In this document: positions 9,004 through 18,697 of the stretch, one piece after another
Position numbering within the stretch: the stretch's first letter is position 1
Layout of the letters: each line of letters starts with the position of its first letter
Assembly: GCA_024709145.1 (NCBI GenBank)
Contig: JANJXG010000006.1
Span: forward strand, 38,550 to 102,549
Direction: 5' to 3'
Source of the DNA: Bacteroidales bacterium
Lineage (GTDB): Bacteria > Bacteroidota > Bacteroidia > Bacteroidales > F082
Length of the DNA: 64,000 nt
Translations under genes and position numbers: made by a program
Notes under the pieces: generated by a model
What the model saw: only the letters and a program-made list of their open reading frames with translations
Told to the model about the DNA's origin: nothing
The model's database searches: none

Positions 9004-12000
9004 TTATTGGATCACAACTTTGCGCACAACAGTTTGGTTGTTGTTATTCAACCTCAAATAATAAATGCCTTTGGCAAAAGCAGTGAGATCTAGCTGCTGC
9101 TGGTAAACACCATCAACCTGAACATTTTCGCGGCTGTAAACAACCTGACCCTGGTAATTAAGCAGGTACCAGGCCACATGGCCCGCCTTGCCGTTAAGCT
9201 GGATATTCAGCTGATTTGTTGCGGGATTCGGATGGATCGTCAAGCGGATTTCCTTGCTGTTTTCATCCATGGAGGCGCATATTTCAACAGTCATCAAGAG
9301 CGCATCTGTAACAATACAGCCGTTAGCATGAGTTACATTGACTGTAACTTCATGTGTTCCAGCTCCCATGGTATTGCCAACACAGGTAATAGTAGGCGTG
9401 GTTTCGCCTCCTGGCAACCAAAGGTAAGAAACAGCACCCGGAGTTGTTGCATCCAAAACAACGCTTTGCCACAGACACATTGTTTGGTCTTCACCGAGGT
9501 TAACCGGTGAAGCGGGCATTACGGTGATGGTTACTTCACCATTGAGTTGGGTTGTTCCGTCATTCACGGTTACAGTATAAGTTGTTGTGGTTTCAGGAGT
9601 TGCAATCGGGTTGGCAATATTCGGATTGCTTAAGCCGGCAGCTGGTGCCCAGCTGTAAGTGTAGCTTCCACTTCCCCCTGAGGCATTGGCATTGAGTGCA
9701 CTCGAGCTTCCCTGACAGATTTCTGCCGGTGAGGCTGAAGGAGCGATGGCCATTTCGCCCATTGTCATGAATGAAGCTGCCCAACCTGTTTTTACGACTG
9801 ATCCGTCGGAAGTAAATTTAAAGGTGATGGCTCCACTGGCATGTGTTGAGGTAATCGTGCCCGGACTGACAGTGCCCTGGAAAGGACTTCCCGGGAAGGC
9901 GGGTGAGGTTACATCCGGTCCGTTATAGATATACAATTTGTCATAATTGTTTTCGGTTTCAAATGCACTGAAAACAAAACGGAGAGGAGCTCCTGCAGCA
10001 GCAGGCATGAAAGTCATTGTCAGGCTCTCGTTGCTGTTGTAATTTCCGTTGGCACCACCTGTATCATAGAACATGCCATTGTTGGCAGTTACGGTAGTGT
10101 TTGTCATCAGATATTCAGGCCCTCCGGTTGTAAATGACCAAACTTCACAGCCAACAGCCGGACCAAACTGGTTCTTCGGCACGATTTTCCAGAAGTAGGT
10201 TGTATTGGGCAGCATTGTGGCAGCATATTGATTCACATCGACAGTTGCAACAAGCGCAGGGTTTGGAGTGATGCCGAAATATACATCATAAGAAGTTGCA
10301 TCATTGGCGGTCCAGCTCAAAATATTGGCAATGCCAACGCCGGTAGCATTGTTGGCAGGCACAGGATTGGTGGCGCAAGAAGGAGCAGCAGTTGGTGCAT
10401 AGCAACTGATGTTGGCGACCCAGCCTGCCTTTGTGACCGAACCGTCAGATTCGAATTTGAAAGTGAGCGAACCACTACCATTCAATGCAGTTACAACTCC
10501 AGGACTGGTGGTTCCTTCAAAAGGACTTCCGGCAACTTGTGGTGATGATGTGTTGGGACCATTGTAAATGTACAATCTGTCGTAACCGCTTTCGGTGTCA
10601 AAGGCAGTAAAACTGGCTCTGATCATCGCTCCTGAGGTTGCAGGGTTGAAGGTAAATACGAAGTTTTCGTTGTTACCATAAGCGCCGGTTGATCCACCTG
10701 AATCATAAAATGTACCAACACAGGTGGTTGCTGATCCATTGGTCATGTTAAAGTCCGGAATCAATCCGATAACGACAACTGCCATCTGTTGAGCGGTATA
10801 AACAGCTGATGGACCTGCAGTGGCCGAAAGATTTAAATTCACCGGATAACCAATAGGAGAGGAAGGTGATGCTGTAACATTAAAAAGCAATTCAACTGTT
10901 GAAAGGGCATTGATGCTTGGATAAGATACACTGGCTGTATTGATTGTGAGCAACGGATCAGCCGAAATCATCGATGTGATGATGTTGCTGACAGCACTGT
11001 GGCCGTTATTTGCCATTGTAACTTTGATGTCGGCTGTTTCACCCGGATCGAGGATACCATCACCATTGCCACTTGCATTATCCACAACTACTACTTCGGG
11101 CATAATTTCGAGCTCAGGTGCCTGAAGTGTGATACGCAAAGTTGACTGCCATGTTGCGCTGCCATCGGTGAGTGTGAGCGGGAAGCTGGCAACATGCTGA
11201 TCGGGAATGAAATTGGCAACTGCAAAAGTGAAAGCGTTGTCGACTGTAGCAGTAGCGCCGGCAGCAATGGCTGGGAAGGTTTTAGAGGCAGCGCTGGTGA
11301 GGCTTACATAGGCATCGGTGCCGGTCACGGTTACGGTTACAACAGCCGATGGATCAGCACCAACATTTTTGATGGTGACATTAAGAGGAAGAGTTTCGCC
11401 GTAGTCGGCAAGACCGTTGTTGTTGCCGGCAGCATCGTTGATCACATATGAATCGAGCACTACATAAGGCCCTACGAGTGCAGCAGCCGGAACTTGTGTC
11501 ATATACGGTTTGTATTGAGGCTTTGTAACAACAATGTCAACATTGCCCGAGGAAAGGACTGGTTCGATGTTTACTTCTACAACGCCTGACGGACCAACAA
11601 GTGCCGAACCATGCAGAACGCCATCTTTCGAAATGGCAACATAGGAACCTGGCAATGCTGTTACTTCATAGGTTGTCAATCCAATTGGAAGGATTGGCAT
11701 GTGAGCCACCACATTGTCATCGCCCTCGGTGAGGTAAATCAGGATGGAAGGATCTCCCAACACATTGTATGCCTGCCAGTAATAGGTTGGACTAGAGTGA
11801 GATGGATAACCTTGAATGTCAACTTCGGTGACGGCCAGGTTTCCAATGAAAACTGTTCCGCCCGCAGATACATAGTCACTTACAAAGGGACCGTCATAAG
11901 CACCCCAGGTCGTTTCCTGGAAGGTTGGCACATAGCCGTTGTTGTTTCCCTGAATGGGAAACGCACCAACTGACCAATAGAAATCTTCAAACCAATAAGA

Positions 12001-13563
12001 GCTCGGTGAGCTTCCGATATATGTCACAGCTCCTTTGTTGGCTGCGCGCATCCATGTTTCTCCGATGCATTCGGCATAACCAAAATCTGCTGCAAGACAA
12101 CAGTTTCCAATGGCAAGCGGATACTTATTCTGGTTGGTGAATGCGTTTACTGCTGTTTGACTCAGGTTGGGATCACCCCATGAGGTTTCGCTGCAATGGG
12201 CTGTATAATTGATAAAACCAACAGCGATACGTGTTGGGTCGTAACAACCGGCGTAGCTGTTCAGATAGGCATACACATTGGTAAAACCATGAGCTGCATT
12301 AAAATAATTCTGTGTTCCATAGTGAATCGTTGGTTGTGCAACTGCAGGATTCCAGGTGCCATCAGCGCCGGCAATCAAAGTGGTGTTATTCAAATAGGTT
12401 GGGTCGGCAAACTGATATTGTTCGTAATACATCACTTTTTCGATCTGCGGGAGGAGCTGAGCTGAATTTCGGGCTGAAAAACGTCCGTAATACATTTCGG
12501 GGAAGATGTCACCATCCACACTTCCGTAATACAGGTCGGTCATTTTTCCTGAAGAGGTGCCCTGAATAGCCGGAATTTGAGGGGTATCTCCAACAAACAG
12601 GATAAAGCTGGGAGCCGGGTCTTGCGGGGTTCCGGCATTGTATTGCGCATGCACATAGGCTTGTATCTGTGCATACGTTGTGCCGATCACATCAGTGTAG
12701 GCTACAATTACATCAAATCCTTTTTTAGTTTTCCATTGAATAAAAGGTTGAAGGTCAGCTTCAAACATCCTGTCAGAAACGATCAGGTATTTAATGGGGT
12801 ATTTAGTGAGGTCGGGATGTTGCGGGTAATCTCTGGTTGATCCATTAAGCAATTTACTTTTAATAGGCTCAAAATAGGGTGAATAGGTCGACGATTTAAT
12901 GTAGTCTGTAACACTTGGATCACTGTTGGTGTAAGTAATTTCCAATTCAATGTCGTTGTATACGCGAATGATTCCCTGAACAGGATTGTACTCAACCGGT
13001 GCAACGGTGATGCGGGCCAGACGGTAGCTGCGCAGAACACCCAGCACTTCAACCGTTGCCATTTCATGGCTGACAAAACCGTCTTTTTCATACAGCTTGG
13101 TATCGTATTCAAAAGTCACTTCCTCAGCTGTTTGATCTTTCCGGATGGAAGGTTGGGCAGGCATCAGCAGATTGTTGATGCCATATTCGCTGAGTTTGTA
13201 TTCTGTCATATTGTAATTGAGCACCTTCACACTGACTTCAGCGCCGAAAGGTATCTCAATCAGGTGTTTGGAGGCAGGAAGCTTCGGGGTTCCAAGTTCG
13301 CCGATTGCATAGGCGCCTGGAATCTGAATCTCACTGAAGGTGCCTCTGGCTGCTTCAACAGTAAAAGCCTGAATGCTGGCATAGGAGTAGGTGATTTTTG
13401 TCCGGTTGAAATTGTCTTCGTTAACCTGAACCTCTCCGGATGATCTTCCCAAATCTATGCTTTGGGCAAAAGATTGAAATCCGGCTGCCAGAACCATGAA
13501 AAGGATCAATACAGCCATGATTCTTTTTTTGCTGAACGCAAAAAGTACATCGTTTTTCTTCAT
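9004..13563 (-). CDS. Peptidase C25 (gingipain family) multidomain protease with CUB-FN3-CUB insert and T9SS type A CTD
   Basis: C25 core YLIVSDRMFEADLQPFIQWKTKKGF...ILFVGDTPQIPA. Candidate dyad His456 (NYTAHCSE) and Cys488/489 (AIGNCCLA). Two CUB-like modules at aa ~938-1055 and ~1150-1266 flank an FN3-like module at aa ~1060-1146. A GGSGSYTYSW SprB-type repeat follows. CTD is LTIHPNPATNQLNIQL...VVRKVVIQ (nt 9007-9249). The start could also be Met16. Confidence 0.85.
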   Translation of the reverse strand: MKKNDVLFAFSKKRIMAVLILFMVLAAGFQSFAQSIDLGRSSGEVQVNEDNFNRTKITYSYASIQAFTVEAARGTFSEIQIPGAYAIGELGTPKLPASKHLIEIPFGAEVSVKVLNYNMTEYKLSEYGINNLLMPAQPSIRKDQTAEEVTFEYDTKLYEKDGFVSHEMATVEVLGVLRSYRLARITVAPVEYNPVQGIIRVYNDIELEITYTNSDPSVTDYIKSSTYSPYFEPIKSKLLNGSTRDYPQHPDLTKYPIKYLIVSDRMFEADLQPFIQWKTKKGFDVIVAYTDVIGTTYAQIQAYVHAQYNAGTPQDPAPSFILFVGDTPQIPAIQGTSSGKMTDLYYGSVDGDIFPEMYYGRFSARNSAQLLPQIEKVMYYEQYQFADPTYLNNTTLIAGADGTWNPAVAQPTIHYGTQNYFNAAHGFTNVYAYLNSYAGCYDPTRIAVGFINYTAHCSETSWGDPNLSQTAVNAFTNQNKYPLAIGNCCLAADFGYAECIGETWMRAANKGAVTYIGSSPSSYWFEDFYWSVGAFPIQGNNNGYVPTFQETTWGAYDGPFVSDYVSAGGTVFIGNLAVTEVDIQGYPSHSSPTYYWQAYNVLGDPSILIYLTEGDDNVVAHMPILPIGLTTYEVTALPGSYVAISKDGVLHGSALVGPSGVVEVNIEPVLSSGNVDIVVTKPQYKPYMTQVPAAALVGPYVVLDSYVINDAAGNNNGLADYGETLPLNVTIKNVGADPSAVVTVTVTGTDAYVSLTSAASKTFPAIAAGATATVDNAFTFAVANFIPDQHVASFPLTLTDGSATWQSTLRITLQAPELEIMPEVVVVDNASGNGDGILDPGETADIKVTMANNGHSAVSNIITSMISADPLLTINTASVSYPSINALSTVELLFNVTASPSSPIGYPVNLNLSATAGPSAVYTAQQMAVVVIGLIPDFNMTNGSATTCVGTFYDSGGSTGAYGNNENFVFTFNPATSGAMIRASFTAFDTESGYDRLYIYNGPNTSSPQVAGSPFEGTTSPGVVTALNGSGSLTFKFESDGSVTKAGWVANISCYAPTAAPSCATNPVPANNATGVGIANILSWTANDATSYDVYFGITPNPALVATVDVNQYAATMLPNTTYFWKIVPKNQFGPAVGCEVWSFTTGGPEYLMTNTTVTANNGMFYDTGGANGNYNSNESLTMTFMPAAAGAPLRFVFSAFETENNYDKLYIYNGPDVTSPAFPGSPFQGTVSPGTITSTHASGAITFKFTSDGSVVKTGWAASFMTMGEMAIAPSASPAEICQGSSSALNANASGGSGSYTYSWAPAAGLSNPNIANPIATPETTTTYTVTVNDGTTQLNGEVTITVMPASPVNLGEDQTMCLWQSVVLDATTPGAVSYLWLPGGETTPTITCVGNTMGAGTHEVTVNVTHANGCIVTDALLMTVEICASMDENSKEIRLTIHPNPATNQLNIQLNGKAGHVAWYLLNYQGQVVYSRENVQVDGVYQQQLDLTAFAKGIYYLRLNNNNQTVVRKVVIQ

Positions 13564-13634
13564 ACAAAATACAGTTAAAATGGATCAATTGTGTCTTCGC
13601 CCTTTGGAAGAATCCATTAGGGTTTATTCAGGGC

Positions 13635-13642
13635 CAAAATTA
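13635..13642 (-). promoter_or_regulatory. -7 box (TAATTTTG, minus strand) upstream of C25 peptidase 2
   Basis: Plus strand caaaatta, 72 nt upstream of the ATG at 13563. Confidence 0.35.
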
Positions 13643-14109
13643 TGTTTTTTTTAACATTAAGAGTGGAAGCGAGGTGTGAAGACGTAATTTAGATTGTTTC
13701 TTTATAAGTTGCTTGGCTTGTCAGCCGTGGCTTACCTTTCATTTATGGAGTAATTTGTGCCTGAACTTTTTGATTCTTTTTGCCTGGATTTCTCACTTTA
13801 CCGCAATTCTATATTTCCTTATCCGGGATAATCCTTCCTGAATTTTTTAATGTTTTTCAAATTTAATCCTGGCTGATTTTTAATTGAATAAAAAAGTTTT
13901 GGAATCCCATGACAATTCTCCTGAATCAATTTTGGAGGTAGATTTAATCAGGTCAACCTTTAAGCCGATTTAAAATACCGGATGGAAAACCAAAGACGGA
14001 TATAAACTTGCTGAAGTACAGTATTTTGAATCTTTAAACCAACCAGCATTTCAGGAGTTAGCTGTTAGCAAATGTTAACTTTTTTTCGCATCATGTATTA
14101 CACACCGAC

Positions 14110-14982
14110 TTATTCAACGGACATCAGCATAGCCAATGCTTCGTTTGCTTTTCCGGTTTGAATCAATTGACGAACCTGATAAAAAAATGTTTCTTTCTGG
14201 TTGAGGTAGGAGTGCCGGATTGTCTCTTTTTGCCTGTAGGTTTCAATGATGCCTTCCTCCGGAAAATGCTCCAGATTGCCCATTTGTCCAAGGTCGTTAC
14301 CGGTAAGGTAGGGACTGTGGCGAATGTGAACCGGTAAAACATCGATTCCAATGCCGTTGCGGCTTACAGGTTTTGGAACAACGAAACGGGCATTCTCGTT
14401 GGTTCTTACATAAAAATCCCCGCCCATCCGACCAACAAGGTCTATTTTCGTTTGGTCTATTTCCTGGTTGGCATCGAGTACATCCTCCCGGATGTGAATC
14501 CGCAGAATATCACAGATAACCAGATTGCCCGCCCCTGCCTGGTTGCCTGTAGGAATTAGTTCGCGAACCCTGCATTCATATTGAACCGGTGACTCACCAA
14601 CCCGTCCTGGTCTGACTTTTTCTGATTGAATTGAAGTAAAACCTGCTTTTTCAAACTCATTGACACCCTTTGGGTATTCGCAGCTTGCCAGACTCATCTG
14701 CTGCACCATATTATAATCTACCACATTGATAACAGCTTCGGGCACTTCAAGCAAATTCTCATAAGTATGTTTGGTAGTGTTGTCGCGTCCCCGTCTGGAG
14801 GGCGAAAATATAAGTGTGCCGGGATTAACGCCAAACGCATTGAAGAAACTGAACGGAGCCAGGTTAGGATTCCCCCGGAGATCGATCGTGCTGACAAAAG
14901 CGATAGGTCTTGGTGCAATGCTCCCAAGCATCAAACGGTGAAGATACTGTTGTGAAATATTTTGTGCGTCCAGACTTAGCAT
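14110..14982 (-). CDS. Flavin reductase-like (FMN-binding split-barrel) domain protein with ~90 aa C-terminal extension
   Basis: SIAPRPIAFVSTIDLRGNPNLAPFSFFNAFGVNPGTLIFSP is the flavin_reduct signature. The track ORF starts at 15027 and overlaps fahA. The ATG at 14982 (MLSLDAQ...) leaves a 4 nt gap after the fahA stop and is the likelier start. Confidence 0.7.
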   Translation of the reverse strand: MLSLDAQNISQQYLHRLMLGSIAPRPIAFVSTIDLRGNPNLAPFSFFNAFGVNPGTLIFSPSRRGRDNTTKHTYENLLEVPEAVINVVDYNMVQQMSLASCEYPKGVNEFEKAGFTSIQSEKVRPGRVGESPVQYECRVRELIPTGNQAGAGNLVICDILRIHIREDVLDANQEIDQTKIDLVGRMGGDFYVRTNENARFVVPKPVSRNGIGIDVLPVHIRHSPYLTGNDLGQMGNLEHFPEEGIIETYRQKETIRHSYLNQKETFFYQVRQLIQTGKANEALAMLMSVE

Positions 14983-14986
14983 TGGG

Positions 14987-16246
14987 TTATTGTTTTGCGG
15001 GAAGTATGGTTGTGCTGCATTCACCAAAACCGACTTTCAGTTCACCTTTGGTTGCGCAGGCTTTCATGACAATGGTATCCTTGTCGTGGATAAAGATTCG
15101 CTGACTGTTGTCGGAAAGGGTAATCGGCCTGGTACCTTTCCAGCAAAGTTCAAGCATCGAGCCAAAGGAGTCGGGAGTTGGGCCGCTGATCGTGCCTGAT
15201 CCGTAGAGATCGCCGGTTCGGATGTTGCAACCGGCAACCGTTTGGTGGGCGAGTTGCTGCTGCATGCTCCAATACATATACTTGAAATTGGAGCGGCTGA
15301 TAAGACTGGGCTCCGCCTTTTCGGGCTGAAGATACACCTCCAGTCCAATGTCATAATTGTTGGCGCCTTTTTGCCGCAAATATGGCAGAGGCTCAGGCAG
15401 TTGTTCCGGACCTTCAACCCTGAAGGGTGCAAGTGCCTCAAGCGTTACAATCCATGGAGAGATGACAGAGCCAAAGCTTTTTGAAAGAAAAGGACCCAAG
15501 GGGACGTATTCCCACTTTTGAATGTCTCTGGCTGATAAATCATTGAAAATGACCAGACCAAATATATGTGACTCTGCTTCCTCAACCGGAATGCTGTTTC
15601 CAAGTTGAGTATCACCAGTGGTAATGAAGGCCATTTCCAGTTCAAAGTCAAGCTGTCTGGTCGGCCCAAACACAACAGGCTGATCGTCATGAGGTCTGGT
15701 TTGACCTTTTGGGCGATGGATTCCCGTGCCTGACACAACAATTGATGAGCTACGGCCATGATATCCAACCGGCAAATGACGCCAATTGGGGAGCAAGGCA
15801 TTTGCCGGATCACGAAACATGATACCGACATTGGTAGCATGCTCGATGCTCGAGTAAAAATCGGTATAATCACCTACCTGTACAGGCATCATCATTTCAA
15901 CCTCTGAAAATGCTAACAGGCAACGGTTGGCAACCTTTGGTTTGTCAGAAAGATCGCTGCAATCAGCTGAAAACAATTCCTGAATGCGCAACCGGATAGC
16001 GTTGGTTTTTCTTTTGCCCAGACTGATGAAGGAATTTAAGGTGGGTTGACTGAAAACATCCAGGTTATTGGGTATAATTTGATCGAAATAGCCGGCCTCG
16101 GCCAAAACGTAGAGGTCAACCACCAGATCGCCGATGCGACTGGCTGGCCGGAGGCTGTTTTGGTGCTTAATAATGCCGAAAGGTATGTTTTCAAGAGGAA
16201 ATTCGCTTCCATGCGGAATGTCAATCCAGGATTTTATCATGCTCAT
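14987..16246 (-). CDS. fahA: Fumarylacetoacetase
   Basis: 419 aa with FPLENIPFG, GDYTDFYSSIEHATNVG and the C-terminal FAH fold motifs. Sits in a homogentisate-pathway context. Confidence 0.9.
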   Translation of the reverse strand: MSMIKSWIDIPHGSEFPLENIPFGIIKHQNSLRPASRIGDLVVDLYVLAEAGYFDQIIPNNLDVFSQPTLNSFISLGKRKTNAIRLRIQELFSADCSDLSDKPKVANRCLLAFSEVEMMMPVQVGDYTDFYSSIEHATNVGIMFRDPANALLPNWRHLPVGYHGRSSSIVVSGTGIHRPKGQTRPHDDQPVVFGPTRQLDFELEMAFITTGDTQLGNSIPVEEAESHIFGLVIFNDLSARDIQKWEYVPLGPFLSKSFGSVISPWIVTLEALAPFRVEGPEQLPEPLPYLRQKGANNYDIGLEVYLQPEKAEPSLISRSNFKYMYWSMQQQLAHQTVAGCNIRTGDLYGSGTISGPTPDSFGSMLELCWKGTRPITLSDNSQRIFIHDKDTIVMKACATKGELKVGFGECSTTILPAKQ

Positions 16247-16301
16247 CGAAAAAATTTGTTTTGTGATCAGAATCGGTTAACAGCTGTTATGACCAATTTT
16301 T

Positions 16302-17399
16302 TCAGAGCGTTCCCCTGTTTGATTGTTCGAGTTCAATAGCTTCAAAAAGGGCTTTGAAGTTTCCTTTTCCAAAGGATTTAGCTCCCTTTCGCTGGATGAT
16401 CTCAAAAAATACTGTGGGTCTGTCTTCAACGGGTTTGGTAAATAACTGAAGCAAGTATCCATCTTCATCCCGATCGATGAGGATACGCAATTTTTTAAGC
16501 GTTTCGAGATCTTCGTCGATCTCCTTAACTCTGTCAATAACAGTGTCGTAATAGGCGTCCGGTACGTGCAGGAATTCGATACCCCTGCTACGCAGCTGTG
16601 AGATGGTTTCGATGATGTTGTCAGTAGCCATGGCAACATGCTGTGCTCCTGAACCACGGTAAAAGTCGAGGTATTCCTCGATCTGACTTTTCTTTTTACC
16701 TTCTGCCGGTTCGTTGATCGGGAATTTTATCCGCATATTGTCGTTGGCCATTACCTTGCTCATCAAAGCAGTGTATTCGGTGGAGATGTCTTTGTCGTCG
16801 AACGAAATAAGCTGCTCAAAACCAAGTACTTTGCCATAAAAATTGACCCACTTATTCATTTCACCCCAACCAACATTTCCCACGATATGATCAACATATT
16901 TCAGGCCTGTTTCTGCAGGCCGGTAGGATGGCTCCCATTTTTTAAAACCGGGCATAAAAGGTCCGAAATAATTTTTTCGTTCAACGAAAACATGCACGGT
17001 TTCACCATAGGTGTGAATGCCGCTGAGTACTACCTCGCCATATTCGTCGATGATTGTTTGGGGTTCCATGTACGACCTGGCGCCACGGCTTGTGGTTTCC
17101 TTCCATGATTTGCGGGCATCGTCAACCCACAAGGCGATGGTTTTGATGCCGTCACCATGAATTTTCTGATGTTCGGCGATGGGTGATTCGGGAATGAGGG
17201 CAGTGGTGAGCACAAAAACAATTTTACCTTGTTTCAGCACATAGGAAGTCCTGTCTTTGAGGCCTGTTTCAAGGCCGGCATAAGCAAGAGGCTGAAAACC
17301 GAAAGCAGTCTGGTAAAAATGGGCTGCCTGCTTGGCGTTGCCCACATAAAACTCAACAAAGTCGGTGCCGTTGATGGGAAGAAATTCTGTATCACTCAT
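16302..17399 (-). CDS. hppD: 4-hydroxyphenylpyruvate dioxygenase
   Basis: 365 aa, two VOC modules, GSGAQHVAMATDNI...GIEFL, and the C-terminal FEAIELEQSNRGTL typical of HPPD. Confidence 0.9.
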   Translation of the reverse strand: MSDTEFLPINGTDFVEFYVGNAKQAAHFYQTAFGFQPLAYAGLETGLKDRTSYVLKQGKIVFVLTTALIPESPIAEHQKIHGDGIKTIALWVDDARKSWKETTSRGARSYMEPQTIIDEYGEVVLSGIHTYGETVHVFVERKNYFGPFMPGFKKWEPSYRPAETGLKYVDHIVGNVGWGEMNKWVNFYGKVLGFEQLISFDDKDISTEYTALMSKVMANDNMRIKFPINEPAEGKKKSQIEEYLDFYRGSGAQHVAMATDNIIETISQLRSRGIEFLHVPDAYYDTVIDRVKEIDEDLETLKKLRILIDRDEDGYLLQLFTKPVEDRPTVFFEIIQRKGAKSFGKGNFKALFEAIELEQSNRGTL

Positions 17400-17444
17400 A
17401 TCGTTAATAGTAAAAAAAGATTGAATTTTTAAGAGTTTGAAAGA

Positions 17445-18602
17445 TTAAAAAAGCCAGCTTTTGAAATAGTCAGGGTCTTCGATGCCAAGGGCATCCGTTG
17501 TGAGCTTCAGGGGTTTAAAAGTATCAACCATGACAGCTAATTCACCGGTGGATTTTTGTCCGATACTCCGTTCTGCAGCACCCGGATGAGGTCCGTGCGG
17601 GATGCCGATCGGGTGCAGGGTGATCATTCCTTTTTCGATGTGGTTACGACTCATAAAGTCGCCGTCAACATAATAGAGTACCTCGTCAGAATCAACATTG
17701 CTGTGATTATAGGGGGCAGGAATTGCTTCGGGATGGTAATCGTAGAGGCGTGGCACGAAAGCACAGGTAACGAAAGCCGGCGTTTCAAAAGTTTGATGAA
17801 CCGGTGGCGGCTGATGGATTCGGCCGGTAATGGGTTCAAAATCGTGTATAGAAATAGCAAAAGGATAATGACAACCATCCCAGCCTACTGCATCGAAAGG
17901 ATGACTGGCATACACATAGGGATAAAGTTTGTCGCCGCGTTTAATAAGCACTTTAAATTCGCCGCGCTCATCGTGAGTTTCGAGCAGCTGAGGTGTTTTG
18001 ATGTCGCGTTCGTGAAAGGGGGAATGCTCGAGCAATTGTCCGTTTTTGTTGAGATATCGTTTCGGAAAACGAAGCGGATGAAACGATTCAACGATGAAAA
18101 GCCTGTTGTCGGAGGTTTCAAATTCGAGCTTGTATATGGTGCCACGTGGAATGATCACGTGATCGCCATATTCAAAGGGCAAAGTCCCAAAAATGGTCTT
18201 CAGGACACCTCTGCCTCGATGGATAAAAATCATTTCATCAGCCTGACTGTTTTTATAGAAGTAAGTAACCATCGACTGTTTCGGTGCGGCAAGACTGATG
18301 TAAACATCATTGTTTACAAGCACTGTTTTCCGGCTCTCGAGGTAGTCGTCGGCAGGTTTTACGTCGAAGCCTTTGAAGCTTCGGTGTTGCATGTTGTCAT
18401 GCAGCGCAATCACAGGTGAAACATCCACAGCTTTACCAATCTGCGATACCATTGTCGGCGGCCAAACATGGTAAATCAGCGAATATACATCGGAAAAGCC
18501 CTCGGTTGAAACAAGTTCTTCTGCGTACAATGTCCCGTCGGGTTTTCTGAAAATGGTATGGCGTTTGCGTGGCACCTGTCCACGACTCTGAAAGTGGGGC
18601 AT
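17445..18602 (-). CDS. hmgA: Homogentisate 1,2-dioxygenase (short bacterial type)
   Basis: 385 aa cupin with a ...HPIGIPHGPHPGA... region. First gene of the hmgA-hppD-fahA string. Confidence 0.85.
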   Translation of the reverse strand: MPHFQSRGQVPRKRHTIFRKPDGTLYAEELVSTEGFSDVYSLIYHVWPPTMVSQIGKAVDVSPVIALHDNMQHRSFKGFDVKPADDYLESRKTVLVNNDVYISLAAPKQSMVTYFYKNSQADEMIFIHRGRGVLKTIFGTLPFEYGDHVIIPRGTIYKLEFETSDNRLFIVESFHPLRFPKRYLNKNGQLLEHSPFHERDIKTPQLLETHDERGEFKVLIKRGDKLYPYVYASHPFDAVGWDGCHYPFAISIHDFEPITGRIHQPPPVHQTFETPAFVTCAFVPRLYDYHPEAIPAPYNHSNVDSDEVLYYVDGDFMSRNHIEKGMITLHPIGIPHGPHPGAAERSIGQKSTGELAVMVDTFKPLKLTTDALGIEDPDYFKSWLF

Positions 18603-18636
18603 GATAATTTAGATTGAATTCAAATAACTCAAAAAA

Positions 18637-18644
18637 CAAAATTA
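18637..18644 (-). promoter_or_regulatory. -7 box (TAATTTTG, minus strand) upstream of hmgA operon
   Basis: Plus strand caaaatta, 35 nt upstream of the ATG at 18602. Intergenic gaps inside the string are 45, 55 and 4 nt. Confidence 0.45.
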
Positions 18645-18697
18645 CCTGCTTTTTTGTTTAAAAGCAATGTTTTTCTTTGATTAAACCTTGATAATTC

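Noticed and set aside
9004-13563. Possibility that the second C25 protein is the T9SS sortase PorU
   Set aside because: No PorV/LptO-like gene is adjacent. The protein carries cargo-like accessory modules (CUB, FN3, SprB repeat) and a canonical type A CTD, so a secreted protease is more parsimonious. This cannot be excluded without a PorU-specific HMM.
17556-18419. A 287 aa ORF on the plus strand, antisense to hmgA
   Set aside because: It lies entirely inside hmgA, which carries the family motifs. The antisense product has no recognisable motif and a typical shadow-frame composition. I treat it as a non-coding shadow ORF.
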